Below are positions 18,552 to 31,636 of a stretch of DNA of 40,752 nucleotides, in pieces. Source of the DNA: Verrucomicrobiota bacterium (lineage in GTDB: Bacteria > Verrucomicrobiota > Lentisphaeria > Lentisphaerales > Lentisphaeraceae). The DNA lies in the NCBI GenBank assembly GCA_039798785.1, contig JBDKFG010000042.1, positions 1 through 40,752 of the forward strand. Direction: 5' to 3'. The notes below the pieces were generated by a model. That model saw only the letters and a program-made list of their open reading frames with translations, was not told the origin of the DNA and did no database searches. The number at the start of each line of letters is the position of its first letter. Positions within the stretch are counted from its first letter, which is position 1. The position numbers and the translations under genes are program-made.

Positions 18552-19229
18552 ATGTCCATCGCCGCCCCCCGCAAACCCCGCGCAGTCCTGCTTTTCGGCC
18601 CTCCCGGCGCCGGTAAAGGCACAATCGGCTCCATGCTCTGCGCCGCAGGAAACCACTACCACCTCAGCTCCGGCAACATCTTCCGCGGCCTGCCTCCCGA
18701 GTCCGAGTCTGGCGAGCTCTTCTATAAATACGCCAATAACGGCCACCTCGTGCCGGATGACATCACCATCACCATCTGGTGGCGCTACGTCAAAGGACTG
18801 ATCGACACCAACCGCTTCTACCCCAATCAGCAACTTCTCATTCTCGATGGCATCCCCCGCACCGTTGAACAGGCCCGCCTGATCGAAAAGCACGTCGAAG
18901 TGGTCCACATCATCGTCCTCAACATCTATAACGAAAAAGAGATCTATCGCCGCATCTCCCGCCGCGCCAAGATCGAGAAGCGCCTCGACGATGCCAACGA
19001 GGACATCATCCGCAACCGCCTCCGTGAATACGCCGAGAAGACCAAGCTGGTCCTTGACTTCTACCCGCAGGAAATCATCTCCAACTTCTCCGCCGAAAAC
19101 ACTCCGATGGAAGTCCTCCGCGATGTCCTCGTCGGCTGCACCCACGTCCTCAAGCAGAGCCCGACGCAGAACGCCGATAACCGCGTCCGCACCGAACCGC
19201 CCCCGCCGGTCGGCGCAGCGGAGGCTTGA
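18552..19229 (+). CDS. adk: Adenylate kinase, short-LID type
   Basis: GPPGAGKGT, HLSSGNIFR, GHLVPDD, LDGIPRT, RLDD. Confidence 0.88.
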   Translation: MSIAAPRKPRAVLLFGPPGAGKGTIGSMLCAAGNHYHLSSGNIFRGLPPESESGELFYKYANNGHLVPDDITITIWWRYVKGLIDTNRFYPNQQLLILDGIPRTVEQARLIEKHVEVVHIIVLNIYNEKEIYRRISRRAKIEKRLDDANEDIIRNRLREYAEKTKLVLDFYPQEIISNFSAENTPMEVLRDVLVGCTHVLKQSPTQNADNRVRTEPPPPVGAAEA

Positions 19230-19232
19230 TCC

Positions 19233-19868
19233 ATGGGCCTCTCCGCCGCCATCCGCGCCTTCTTCGCCTGCCTCAAAGATGACTCCAAGGCCGAAGCTCT
19301 CGATCTCGTCGTCGCCGGCGCCTTAGTTCCCAAGACCGAGCACGACAAGGCCTTGGCTAAACAGGCCGTGCAGCTGAAGTCAGCCATCGATGCCGGTGAA
19401 ACGGCCAAATCAAAGCTCTCCGACGCCGAAAAAGAACTCGGCATCCTGCGTGCCGCAGCCGAAGCCCCGCGCACCGATGTCATCAAGCCGGCTCCCCCTT
19501 CCGACCCCTTGCTCACCCTCGTCCTCCTCCAACGCGAAGCCCGCCTCGTCGATTTCGCCATGGAGGATATCTCGGGCTACTCCGACGAAATGGTCGGCGC
19601 CGCAGCCCGCCAAGTCCATGGCGGCGTCCGCAAAGTCCTCGATCGCCACTTCTCCCCAGTGCCGGTCGTCACCGGCTTCTGTGAAGGCGACTCTCTCAGC
19701 CTGCCCCAAGATGCTGACTTGAGCCAGTACGAACTCACCGGACGTGTCAAGACCCCGCCCTTCAAAGGCGAACTCCGCCATAAAGGGTGGAAAGCCTCCA
19801 CCCTTGAACTCCCGCAACGTCAAAACCCCGGATCAGTCATCGCTCCGGCGGAAGTCGAAATTCCTTAA
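19233..19868 (+). CDS. DUF2760 domain protein
   Basis: LLQREARLVDF, VGAAARQVHGG, LRHKGW, IAPAEVE. Confidence 0.85.
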   Translation: MGLSAAIRAFFACLKDDSKAEALDLVVAGALVPKTEHDKALAKQAVQLKSAIDAGETAKSKLSDAEKELGILRAAAEAPRTDVIKPAPPSDPLLTLVLLQREARLVDFAMEDISGYSDEMVGAAARQVHGGVRKVLDRHFSPVPVVTGFCEGDSLSLPQDADLSQYELTGRVKTPPFKGELRHKGWKASTLELPQRQNPGSVIAPAEVEIP

Positions 19869-19941
19869 GTCATCCCCCTTGCGTGATTGAGGAACTCGCC
19901 TAAATTGACAAATATGACCTGAATTGAATCCGGAGATTTAT

Positions 19942-20742
19942 ATGACTTTTCTAGCCACAGCGCTGGTCGGCGCTCTTTGCCTAGGCACTCAGCCTCTCAA
20001 ACAGGGAGAGGCCAAGCCCGCTCCAGCCCCCGCTCCAGCCCCCGAGAAGATTCAGCCGGCAGCCAAAACTGATGAACGTACTCCTGAGCAGAAAGCGAAA
20101 GTCGAGCTCATGCAGAAACGTGCTGCCTTGCAAAAAGAAGAGTACCAGCAGACTGCAGCGCAAGTCCAGGTCAATAATTTCAATCGCAAGATCAAGGCGA
20201 TCGACGAGAAAATCGCCGTCGAACAGGTCGAAATCAAACAGGTCAACGACAAGAAATCCGAAGTTGAGAAGAAGCTGGCGGATATCAAATCGCAGCTCAC
20301 TGGCAACAACGCCAACAACAGCGTCTTGACTATTGAAAAGAAAAAGAAGGAGCGTGAGGTCGAAGCCTACAACAAGCGCCTCGAAAAATACGAAAAGACA
20401 GTGGCCAAACTCGAGGGCGAAAAAGGCAAGCTCCAAGATGGACTGGCCGTCGCCGAAGGAGCACTCGCGACCCAAAAAGCCAAAGTGGACGGTATTCGCA
20501 GTGAATACGAGGCCCTTGATAAGGCCGTCAAAGCCGGAAATGCCGCCGAAATCGCCGCAAACAGCGATAATCCCGCCGCCCACAAGGACAAGGATGTCAT
20601 CAACGTCGCTCCGGCCAAAAAAACCGCCGCCGACGGCAAGGATGATGTCGTCGATGCCAAGCCTTCGGCCAAGAAAAAAGGCGCCCCGGCACCCGAGGAT
20701 GAAGACCCCTCAGGTTTCGATGCTTTGAGCCCTAAGAAGTAA
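19942..20742 (+). CDS. Hypothetical exported coiled-coil protein
   Basis: GGAG RBS, hydrophobic N-terminus, PAPA linker, long K/E/Q heptad region. Confidence 0.75.
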   Translation: MTFLATALVGALCLGTQPLKQGEAKPAPAPAPAPEKIQPAAKTDERTPEQKAKVELMQKRAALQKEEYQQTAAQVQVNNFNRKIKAIDEKIAVEQVEIKQVNDKKSEVEKKLADIKSQLTGNNANNSVLTIEKKKKEREVEAYNKRLEKYEKTVAKLEGEKGKLQDGLAVAEGALATQKAKVDGIRSEYEALDKAVKAGNAAEIAANSDNPAAHKDKDVINVAPAKKTAADGKDDVVDAKPSAKKKGAPAPEDEDPSGFDALSPKK

Positions 20743-20748
20743 GTCCCT

Positions 20749-20777
20749 GCGCCGCAGCTGCCTGCGGCGCTTTCTTT
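20749..20777 (+). terminator. Intrinsic terminator
   Basis: GCGCCGCAG-N4-CTGCGGCGC followed by TTTCTTT. Confidence 0.7.
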
Positions 20778-20881
20778 CGCGCGCACACGCACACGTGAGC
20801 GCGTTTTAATTTTCCAGTCGCGAGCGCGCATTCGCTCCCGCGTGCTAGATTCCAGCTCATTCAATGCCCGAGGAACGTCCG

Positions 20882-23783
<2,902 letters not shown>

Positions 23784-23864
23784 TCCAGCCTGCAAGCTGC
23801 CGGCGCAAGCCGGCGGCCTCTCACGACCAGCCTTTGAAATAAGAATCCCTTTCCGGAGCCTCAT

Positions 23865-26486
23865 ATGAGCGACGAAGTCAACGCCTCCCAGCACCACAGC
23901 CTGATCCATACCCAGATCGAAGACATCCTCCACCACTCCTACCTGCAATATTCGCTCTCGGTCAACGTCGGCCGCGCCATCCCCGACGTCCGCGACGGCC
24001 TCAAGCCCGTCAACCGCCGCATCCTCTACGACATGCACGTCCAGAAGCTCACCAAGAGCCACTCCTACGTCAAGTCCGCCCGCGTCGTCGGTGACGTCAT
24101 CGCCAAGTACCACCCGCACGGCGACTCCGCCGTCTACGACACCATGGTCCGCATGGCCCAGGACTTCTCCCTCCGCTGCCCGCTCATCGACGGCCAGGGC
24201 AACTGGGGCTCGATCGACGGCGACGCCCCCGCCGCCTACCGTTACACCGAATGCCGCATGGAGAAGCTCGCCGAAGAACTCCTCGCCGACCTCGACAAAG
24301 ACACCGTCGACATGGCGCCCAACTTCGACGAGAAGGAAGAGGAACCCACCGTCCTCCCCGCCCGCTTCCCCAACCTCCTCGTCAACGGCACCACCGGTAT
24401 CGGCGTCGGCATGGCCACCTCCATCCCGCCGCACAACCTCGGCGAAACCATCGACGCCTGCGTCGCCCTGCTCGACAACCCCGCCGCCGCCGTCGCCGAC
24501 CTGATGAAGGTCCTCCCCGCCCCCGACTTCCCCACCGGCGGCACGATCATCGGCACCGCCTCCATCCGCAAACTCTACGAGACCGGCCGCGGCTCCGTCG
24601 CCCTGCGCGGCAAGGCCCGCATCGAAGAGACCAAGGACGGCCGCGAGCAGATCATCGTCACCGAAATCCCCTACATGGTGAACAAGGAGAACCTGGTCAA
24701 GAAGATCGCCGAGCTGGTCAACGACAAGGTCCTCACCGGCATCTCCTCGCTCAACGACGAATCCTCCTCGCGCGCCGGCATCCGCATCGTCATCGGCGTC
24801 AAACGCGACGCCATGGGCACCGTCGTCCTCAACCAGCTCTTCAAGCACACCAACCTGCAGACCTCCTACGGCTGCCAGTTCCTCGTCGTCGACAAGAAGC
24901 GCCCCCGCACCCTCAACCTCAAGCAGATGATCCAGGCCTACCTCGACCACCGCCTCGAGGTCATCACCCGCCGCATCCGCTTCGAGCTCGACAAGGCCGA
25001 GAAACGCGCCCACATCGTCGAAGGCCTGCTCATCGCCGTCAACGCCATCGACGACGTCATCGAGATCATCCGCAAGTCCGCCAACCGCGAAGACGCCCAC
25101 GAGAAGCTCACCGCCCGCTTCGGCCTGACCAAGGTCCAGACTTCCGCCATCCTCGACATGCGCCTCGCCGCCCTCACCGGCCTCGCCGTCGATGAACTCA
25201 AGGCGGAATGGGACAGCCTCTCCAAGGCCATCGCCGGCTACAAGGAGCTCCTCGGCTCGCGCAACCTCCGCCTCGGCATCGTCCGCACCGAACTGGTCGA
25301 AGTCCGCGACAAATACGCCGACAAGCGCCGCTCCGACATCATCGTCTCCGGCAAGGACATCAACATCGAAGACCTGATCAAGCGCGAAACCGTCGCCATC
25401 ACCGTCTCCGAGAAGGGCTACATCAAGCGCATGCCGCTCTCCACCTTCCGCACCATGAACCGCGGCGCCCAGGGCAAGACCGGCGTCAAGTCCAAGGAAG
25501 ATGACTCGCTGCGCTCGGTCTTCACCGCCTGCACTCACGACTACGTCCTCTTCCTCACCAACCAGGGCCGCATGCTCTGGCTCAAGGGCTACGACATCCC
25601 CGAAGCCTCCGCCACCTCGGTCGGCAAAAACGCCGTCAACCTCCTCGAATTCGGCGAAGGCGAGTCGATCCGCGCCTGGGTCAGCTCCGACAAGATCGAC
25701 GACGCCTCGCGCTTCATCGTCATGCTCACCAAGAACGGCGTCATCAAGAAGACCTGCCTGCAGGAATTCAAGAACCTCCGCAAGAAGGCGATCAAGGCGA
25801 TCAACCTCGACGACGACGACGACCTCCTCCAGGCCGAGATCTCCGACGGCTCCTCCGACATCCTGATCTCGACCAAGAACGGCCGCACCGTCCGCTTCAG
25901 CGAGACCGGCCTGCGCGAGCTCGGCCGCGCCTCCCGCGGCGTCAAGGCCGTCACCCTCAAGGACGGCGACTCGATCGTCTCCATGTCGGTCGTCGCCGCC
26001 CTGCCCGAAGCCGCCGAAGAACCCGAGGCCGACGAAGCCGAAGGCGCTGAAAACGAAGCCGAAGGCGAAGAGACCTTCGTCATCAACGAAACCCAGCTCC
26101 TCGTCATCACCTCCAAGGGCCTGGGCAAGCGCTCCGCCATCAGCGGCTACCGCAAAACCTCCCGCGGCACCCAGGGCGTCAACTCCATCCGCCTCAAGGA
26201 TGGCGACTCCGTCGTCGCCTCGCTCAAGGTCACCCAGGACGACGAAGTTCTCTTGACCTCCGCCGGCGGCATCATGTCCCGCGTCAAGGTCGCCCAGATC
26301 CCCGCCAAAAAGGGCCGCCTCACCCAGGGCGTCAAGGTCATGACCCTCAAGAACTCCAAGGACTACGTCCTCTCCGTGACCCTGATCAACAAGGTCGACG
26401 GCGAAGACATCGAAGAAGTGCCCGCCGAATCTGCGGAAACCGCAGCCCCCGCCGCGGAAACTCCCAAGCCGGAAGGGCAGGAGTAA
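23865..26486 (+). CDS. gyrA: DNA gyrase subunit A
   Basis: [31 protein letters not shown] catalytic Tyr, beta-pinwheel CTD repeats. Confidence 0.96.
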   Translation: MSDEVNASQHHSLIHTQIEDILHHSYLQYSLSVNVGRAIPDVRDGLKPVNRRILYDMHVQKLTKSHSYVKSARVVGDVIAKYHPHGDSAVYDTMVRMAQDFSLRCPLIDGQGNWGSIDGDAPAAYRYTECRMEKLAEELLADLDKDTVDMAPNFDEKEEEPTVLPARFPNLLVNGTTGIGVGMATSIPPHNLGETIDACVALLDNPAAAVADLMKVLPAPDFPTGGTIIGTASIRKLYETGRGSVALRGKARIEETKDGREQIIVTEIPYMVNKENLVKKIAELVNDKVLTGISSLNDESSSRAGIRIVIGVKRDAMGTVVLNQLFKHTNLQTSYGCQFLVVDKKRPRTLNLKQMIQAYLDHRLEVITRRIRFELDKAEKRAHIVEGLLIAVNAIDDVIEIIRKSANREDAHEKLTARFGLTKVQTSAILDMRLAALTGLAVDELKAEWDSLSKAIAGYKELLGSRNLRLGIVRTELVEVRDKYADKRRSDIIVSGKDINIEDLIKRETVAITVSEKGYIKRMPLSTFRTMNRGAQGKTGVKSKEDDSLRSVFTACTHDYVLFLTNQGRMLWLKGYDIPEASATSVGKNAVNLLEFGEGESIRAWVSSDKIDDASRFIVMLTKNGVIKKTCLQEFKNLRKKAIKAINLDDDDDLLQAEISDGSSDILISTKNGRTVRFSETGLRELGRASRGVKAVTLKDGDSIVSMSVVAALPEAAEEPEADEAEGAENEAEGEETFVINETQLLVITSKGLGKRSAISGYRKTSRGTQGVNSIRLKDGDSVVASLKVTQDDEVLLTSAGGIMSRVKVAQIPAKKGRLTQGVKVMTLKNSKDYVLSVTLINKVDGEDIEEVPAESAETAAPAAETPKPEGQE

Positions 26487-26492
26487 GATGAC

Positions 26493-26528
26493 AAAGCCCC
26501 CGTCCTGCGAAAGCGGGGCGGGGGTTTT
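26493..26528 (+). terminator. Intrinsic terminator after gyrA
   Basis: GCCCCCGTCCTGC-GAAA-GCGGGGCGGGGGT stem with GNRA loop, then TTT. Confidence 0.8.
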
Positions 26529-26542
26529 AAAAGGAGTTGTTA

Positions 26543-26968
26543 ATGAGTTTGCAAGAACCAATTTTCATTATCGAGCAACACGTGCATTCATGTCGCTGGG
26601 CGATCGTCGAAGAGGATGAGTTTTCCTGCTGGTTTTATTTGACAAATTCGGAGAAAAGTCCGGTTGCAGATTGTTGGTTGTATAATAGAATCGTAACGCC
26701 TGACGAGTTGGATAAGGAACTTTTTCATGGCAGGCCTCCACCCGCGATCAAGAGATTTGTTGGCCCCGATGCTGAGGAAAAAACAGGCGGGAAATTCACT
26801 ATAAAATGGGCATCCGATGGCGAGTCTGTGTCTGTTTTGAAAGACGGCGCAATCCTTGGCTTTATAGTTCAAAATACGGCTCGTGGATTTAGTCGTCATC
26901 TGATCCTGGAAGGTCCTTGGGGAAAACCGTTCGATAGTGATCTATATCGAAAAATCTTTGAGGATTGA
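26543..26968 (+). CDS. Hypothetical protein, low GC
   Basis: AAGGAG RBS; WFYLT..PVADCWLYN and GPWGKPFD; composition distinct from gyrA. Confidence 0.75.
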   Translation: MSLQEPIFIIEQHVHSCRWAIVEEDEFSCWFYLTNSEKSPVADCWLYNRIVTPDELDKELFHGRPPPAIKRFVGPDAEEKTGGKFTIKWASDGESVSVLKDGAILGFIVQNTARGFSRHLILEGPWGKPFDSDLYRKIFED

Positions 26969-27026
26969 TTTGGAGAATGATTCTCGGCAACAAGTAGCTT
27001 TCGAAAAGGTTCATGATGTTGTTACG

Positions 27027-27088
27027 CTGGGAGCGCCGGCTCTTGACCAATAACACCAACAAACCGGCTGGCAGCCGGCGCTCCCAGG
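27027..27088. repeat. Inverted REP pair (family B) upstream of RAYT
   Basis: CTGGGAGCGCCGGCT (partial) and ACCGGCTGGCAGCCGGCGCTCCCAGG. Confidence 0.85.
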
Positions 27089-27093
27089 AGGAA

Positions 27094-27765
27094 ATGATGC
27101 AGCGACCGCTTGATCCCAGCGAAGGATTCTCCGGCCATGTGCCTTTCGAGAATCCCGAGAAATGGCGGCGCCGTCGACTCCCGCATTTTGATGCCAAGGG
27201 GATCTACCAGATGATCACCTATCGCCTCGCCGATGCCTTGCCGCAAGAGCTTGTCGAGCGTTGGCGCGAGGAGTTGTTTCCTGGGAGCGCCGGCTGCCAG
27301 CCGGTTGAGCTCAATGCCGCTCAACTCGCGCTGCGTCGCCGCTGCGAGGCGGTGATGGATGCCAGCCATGGCTCCTGCATTCTCAAACAGCCGAATATCG
27401 CTCGCATCGTCCTCGACAACTGGAGTCACTTTCATGGCCAGCGCTACGAGATCGTCGCCGCCGTGGTGATGCCCAACCACGTCCACATCCTCATTCGCCT
27501 TCTCGCGCCGTGGACCTTGGCGAAGATCGTCCACTCGTGGAAGTCCTACACGGCCAATCGCATTCACGAGGAACTCGAACGAACCGGCTGGCAGCCTGCG
27601 CTCCCAGGGGACGATACAGCAAACACCATCTGGCAGCGCGAATACTGGGACCGCTTCATCCGCGACGAGGAACATTTCCACGCCGCCATCGCCTACATCC
27701 TCGACAATCCCGTCAAAGCCGGCCTTTGCGTCCACCGCGAAGATTGGCCCTGGCTCTTGACATGA
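27094..27765 (+). mobile_element. REP-associated tyrosine transposase (RAYT, IS200/Y1 HUH family)
   Basis: RRRLPHFD, ITYRLADALP, HUH motif VMPNHVH, WKSYTA, WQREYWDRFIRD, catalytic AYILDNPVKAGL; flanked by REPs. Confidence 0.92.
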
Positions 27766-28110
27766 ACCAAGGAATCCCGATGAACTCGATTCGCGACTCC
27801 GTCCGCAAGCGCCCGGCGATGTATTTCGGCGACACGTCCTCGCGCGGCGCCATGCACATGGTCGAAGAGCGGATGTAATGGCATCGATCAATTCCTTCTC
27901 GGGCATGCGACCAAACTTATCGTCAAGATAGTGGATGGGGAAATCCTGTTAGCCGATGATGGCGCCGGCCTGAATCCTGACGCACACCGGTATTTCACCG
28001 AGCCGCACGACAGCAAGTCGTCCGACGGCCATGCGCCGCACATCCATCTCCATAGCTTCGGGGGCGCCGGAATCAAATCACTCCACTTCGATCTCGACTT
28101 CGTATCCTGA
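27762..28110 (+). pseudogene. Frameshifted, truncated GyrB-like GHKL ATPase fragment
   Basis: DSVRKRPAMYFGD...MVEE, then in a shifted frame CNGIDQFLLGHAT...ADDGAG...GHAPHIH; runs into the convergent DUF2797 gene. Confidence 0.75.
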
Positions 28111-28908
28111 TTGCGAACGGATGTTAAGGACTCCGTCTTCGAAGATCAAGTATTGCCCCCGGATGCCGATCAAGGGGGAGTGGATGAGTGGCGATTTGTC
28201 AAAATTGAAGGAGTTCGAAATCTTGCTCGGCCAGCTCAGATGCGGGTAGGCGAAACGGAGCAGGCGTCCACAGGGCAGCAGATGCTCCTGTTGAGCTGAC
28301 GTTAGTAGGGCGCGGGCCTGGATCAGGCAATCTTCAAACGGGGTATCGCAAAGCTCGTTGACCAGCATGCGTTTCCAGTTGGTCTTGTCGCTCATTTCCT
28401 GGGAGATGGCGAACTCCGCTTCGCCGACTTCTTTGCGTGAGGGGAAGAGGCCGATGATCAGAGCCTCGCTGGCGCCTTGGTCAATGAAACGGGTCGGAAC
28501 CTGAGTGCCTCGGGTGATGCCGACCTTGATGCCGGAGCTGCGGGCGAGATAGAGGGCGTGTTCCTGGAAGCAGTGTTTCAGGCCCCAATCGGGGTCGCGG
28601 CAGGTGCCTTTGTCGAAGTGGCAGGTGTGCGGTTTCATGACGCACATGTCGGTCTCGGCGAGGGTGCTGAAGCAACGCCAGCAGTAGCCGTCGGAGAAGC
28701 TTTTTTTGGTCCCTTTGCCGCAGTTGACGCAGAAAATCTTGCCGCTCGGGCGGAGGCGGATTTCGCGACCAAGGAGGGCGTTCATCGGCAAGGTCGCGGC
28801 CACCTCGTCGGTCTTGCTGCCGGGTTTGCACAGTTCTAGGGTGTAGTCGACGGCGTCGTCGGCGCCGTGACTGACGCGCATTTTGCGCAGGCAGCCGCTG
28901 ATTTTCAT
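28078..28908 (-). CDS. DUF2797 domain protein
   Basis: FCVNCGKGTKKSFSDGYCWRC, CHFDKGTCRD, LYLARSSGIKVGITR, GIRGQYLIF. Confidence 0.88.
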   Translation of the reverse strand: MKISGCLRKMRVSHGADDAVDYTLELCKPGSKTDEVAATLPMNALLGREIRLRPSGKIFCVNCGKGTKKSFSDGYCWRCFSTLAETDMCVMKPHTCHFDKGTCRDPDWGLKHCFQEHALYLARSSGIKVGITRGTQVPTRFIDQGASEALIIGLFPSRKEVGEAEFAISQEMSDKTNWKRMLVNELCDTPFEDCLIQARALLTSAQQEHLLPCGRLLRFAYPHLSWPSKISNSFNFDKSPLIHSPLIGIRGQYLIFEDGVLNIRSQSGYEVEIEVE

Positions 28909-30035
28909 CACATCGAGCCGATGACGTCTTCGAGGAAGCTTTCCTCGAGGGCGATGGAATAGCTGCCGCCGTCGAATTCCTTCATGTGGCCGATGCCGTG
29001 CATGAGGACGAAGCGGATGCGGCCGCCGCGGCTCTTCTTGTCGGTGTGCATCTTGGCGACCAGTTCGGCGATCGGGATCCGTTCGGGGACGCGGGTGGGC
29101 AGGCCGCAGGCGGCGAGCAGGGCGATGACGCGTTTTTCGTCGTCAGCGCTGATCGTGCCGAGCTGGCGGGCGATGGCACATTGGACGGCGAGGCCGATGG
29201 CGACGCATTCTCCGTGGAGGAGTTCGTAGCCCATCAGGGTTTCGAGGGCGCGTCCGGCGGTGTGACCGAGGTTAAGGACCTGTCGGAGGTTGGATTCGCG
29301 TTCGTCGCGGACGACGACGGACTGCTTGATCTCGCAGTTCTTCCAGGCGATGTGTTCGCAGGCGGCGGCGTCGAGGGCGCAGGTCTTGGGCGAAGCGATG
29401 TCGGTGATGTGCTTTTCGAGCCAGAGGAAGAAGTCGGCGTCGGCGAGGCAGGCGTGTTTAATCGTCTCGGCGAGGCCGCTGCGGATTTCGCGGGGCGGCA
29501 GGGTCTTCCAGGTGTCGATGTCGATGTAGACCTTGCGCGGCTGGTTGAAGAGGCCGATGAGATTGGTGGCGGCGGGGGTGTCGACGGCGGTCTTGCCGCC
29601 GACCGAGGCATCGGCGGCGGAGAGCAGGGTGGTGGAGTAGGTAAGGAAGGGGATGCCGCGGCCGAAGGTGCCGGCGGTGAAGCCGGCGAGGTCGCTGACG
29701 ACGCCGCCGCCAAGGGCTATGAGGCCGGAGTCGCGGTTGAAGCCCGCAGCGAGCATGTCGTCTTCGAGCTTGGCTTTGGTTTCGCGAGTCTTGTAGATCT
29801 CACCGGCGGGAAAGGTGAAGAGGGTGACTTTGTGGACGCCGGCGGCATTGAGGGCTTGGAGTGCGGCCTGGGCGTAGAGGCTGGCGACTTTTTCATCGGC
29901 GACGAGGGCGATGCGGTTCGCGCCGGGGAGAATGCCGTGGGCGACGTCGTTGGCCATGGCGGCAAAAAGATTGCGACCGATAGCGATGTCGTAGGAATCA
30001 TCGACGACGCGTTTAAGGGGGACGTGGAATTTCAT
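28908..30035 (-). CDS. aroB: 3-dehydroquinate synthase
   Basis: LGGGVVSDLAGF, TTLLSAADASVGGKT, GLAETIKH, LNLGHT, LLHGE, DKK. Confidence 0.92.
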   Translation of the reverse strand: MKFHVPLKRVVDDSYDIAIGRNLFAAMANDVAHGILPGANRIALVADEKVASLYAQAALQALNAAGVHKVTLFTFPAGEIYKTRETKAKLEDDMLAAGFNRDSGLIALGGGVVSDLAGFTAGTFGRGIPFLTYSTTLLSAADASVGGKTAVDTPAATNLIGLFNQPRKVYIDIDTWKTLPPREIRSGLAETIKHACLADADFFLWLEKHITDIASPKTCALDAAACEHIAWKNCEIKQSVVVRDERESNLRQVLNLGHTAGRALETLMGYELLHGECVAIGLAVQCAIARQLGTISADDEKRVIALLAACGLPTRVPERIPIAELVAKMHTDKKSRGGRIRFVLMHGIGHMKEFDGGSYSIALEESFLEDVIGSM

Positions 30036-30168
30036 CTGCAAGGGCTCCGTTTCTCCGCAAAGCTAGGGCGGCGGCGGCGGAAGGCAAGTGAAGAAGACAA
30101 AGACCTGGCATTCTCTTGGCTCTAAACCAACCCTGTGACTTTAGCTGCCCCGCCCCGCAGCTTGCCTT

Positions 30169-30381
30169 AACCTAAAAACCGCAGTTGAAAGATTGGAAGG
30201 TTCAAAGGACGAAAGGATCAGCTACAACAGCAATAGGTTATGATATCCGAAGGACTCTTGGCAAAGTTCAGGATCCTCAAGTCTTTCTGGCAGCACAAAT
30301 TCATTGCTTGTTATTCTTGTTCAATTGTTTGCGTTTTAAGCTTTCAACCCGGTCCCGCTGCTCTACTGCGGTTTTTAGGTT
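30169..30381. mobile_element. Putative MITE-like element with 17-bp perfect terminal inverted repeats
   Basis: AACCTAAAAACCGCAGT (30169-30185) and ACTGCGGTTTTTAGGTT (30365-30381) enclosing an AT-rich interior. Confidence 0.6.
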
Positions 30382-30893
30382 GACCTGTGACTCGATTTTG
30401 TCGCAGTCATGGGTCTATCCTGGTGAGCAAGGGAGGACGCCGCGCCCTCGGGGAAGATCCCGGAGAACCTGGCAAGTCCCGCAGCCAAAACCGATCTAAT
30501 GTCAAAAAAATGTCTAGTAAACTTTGCTTTGGCACTAAGCTTACCTTAACTCCAAATAGCACTCGGGAATCGGGCTTTGAACCACGCGACCAGCAAGCTC
30601 CTTACGATCCCCCTCCAGCTCTCCTACCAGAGCGGCACCCACGACCTGCTGCGCGATTTCTACCTCCCCGCCCTCGCCGCCTCCTCTCTCTACCAACGCG
30701 CCGTCGGCTACTTCTCCTCCCAATCCCTCGCCCTCGCCGCCCAGGGCCTCGAATCGCTCCTCGCCCAGGACGGACGCCTCCAGATCCTCGCCTCGCCGGT
30801 CCTCTCCCAGGACGATATCGACGCCATCCGCCAAGGCTACGCCGAACGCGACATCCTCGCCCGCGCCCTGCAACGCGCCCTGGATGCCCCCGA

Positions 30894-30949
30894 GGTAACC
30901 AGAGCCTCCCGGCTCTGCGCATCTCCAGACCCGGGAGGGTCTGGTTACC
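30894..30949. repeat. Inverted REP doublet (family C, GGTAAC plus hairpin) inside the PLD gene; a third copy at 31507-31531
   Basis: GGTAACCAGAGCCTCCCGGCTCTG...CCAGACCCGGGAGGGTCTGGTTACC. Confidence 0.8.
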
Positions 30950-31338
30950 CTCTCTCCCTCCTCGCCTCGCTCATCGCCCAAAACCGCCTCGATGTCAAGA
31001 TCGCCATCGGCGACTCCGGTCTCTTCCACCTCAAGATCGGCCTGATGACCGACGCCCGCGGCGACTGCATCGCCTTCTCCGGCTCGGCCAACGAAACCCA
31101 GGGCGGCCTGGTCAGCAACTACGAAGCGATCGAGGTCTTCTCCTCCTGGAAAGATCCCGCCCGCGTCGCCGAAAAACAACAACAGTTCAAGTCCCTCTGG
31201 TCAGGTGAAGCCCCCGGCCTCCGCGTCTACGACTTCACCGCCCTCGCCGCCGAACTGCTGCGTCCCTACCTGGGAGCCCCGCATGCCGATGCGGGCCTGG
31301 AGGTGCATGAACCCGCCGCGCCTTATCGCGCCCAGCAC

Positions 31339-31593
31339 GAACAAGCGGCAGAGGGCTGCCGCGCTCCCAGGAACTCCCTCTGGCCGCACCAACTCGCCGC
31401 CATCGCCGCCTGGAACGCCGCCGGCCAAGTCGGCCTCCTCGAAATGTGCACCGGCGCCGGCAAAACCGTCACCGCCCTCGAAATCGTCAAACGCCAGCTC
31501 GCCGAAGGTAACCAGAGCCTCCCGGCTCTGGCTCAATGTGGCCGTCCGCCTCCAACGGGCGAACAAGCGGCAGGGGACTGCCGCGCCCCCAGG
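31339..31593. repeat. Two direct family-B REP variants (31339-31371 and 31561-31593)
   Basis: GAACAAGCGGCAG-N4-CTGCCGC-GCYCCCAGG in both copies. Confidence 0.8.
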
Positions 31594-31636
31594 GCCGCCT
31601 GACACCCAGTCACCCCCGTCCATGAAGTCCCGCCCC

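Larger units (their letters stand above)
30577..31602 (+). pseudogene. PLD-nuclease/superfamily-2 helicase of the dnd-associated restriction-enzyme type, truncated just after Walker A
   Basis: RAVGYFSS, FHLKIG..D, FSGSANET, LWPHQ, MCTGAGKT; no Walker B or later helicase motifs; terminates in REP sequence. Confidence 0.8.

Noticed and set aside
24100..24145. Quinolone-resistance substitution in GyrA
   Set aside because: HGDSAVYD keeps the Ser and Asp equivalent to E. coli positions 83 and 87
30185..30499. 104-aa ORF in the MITE-like region
   Set aside because: TTG start, no RBS or motif, and it crosses the element boundary
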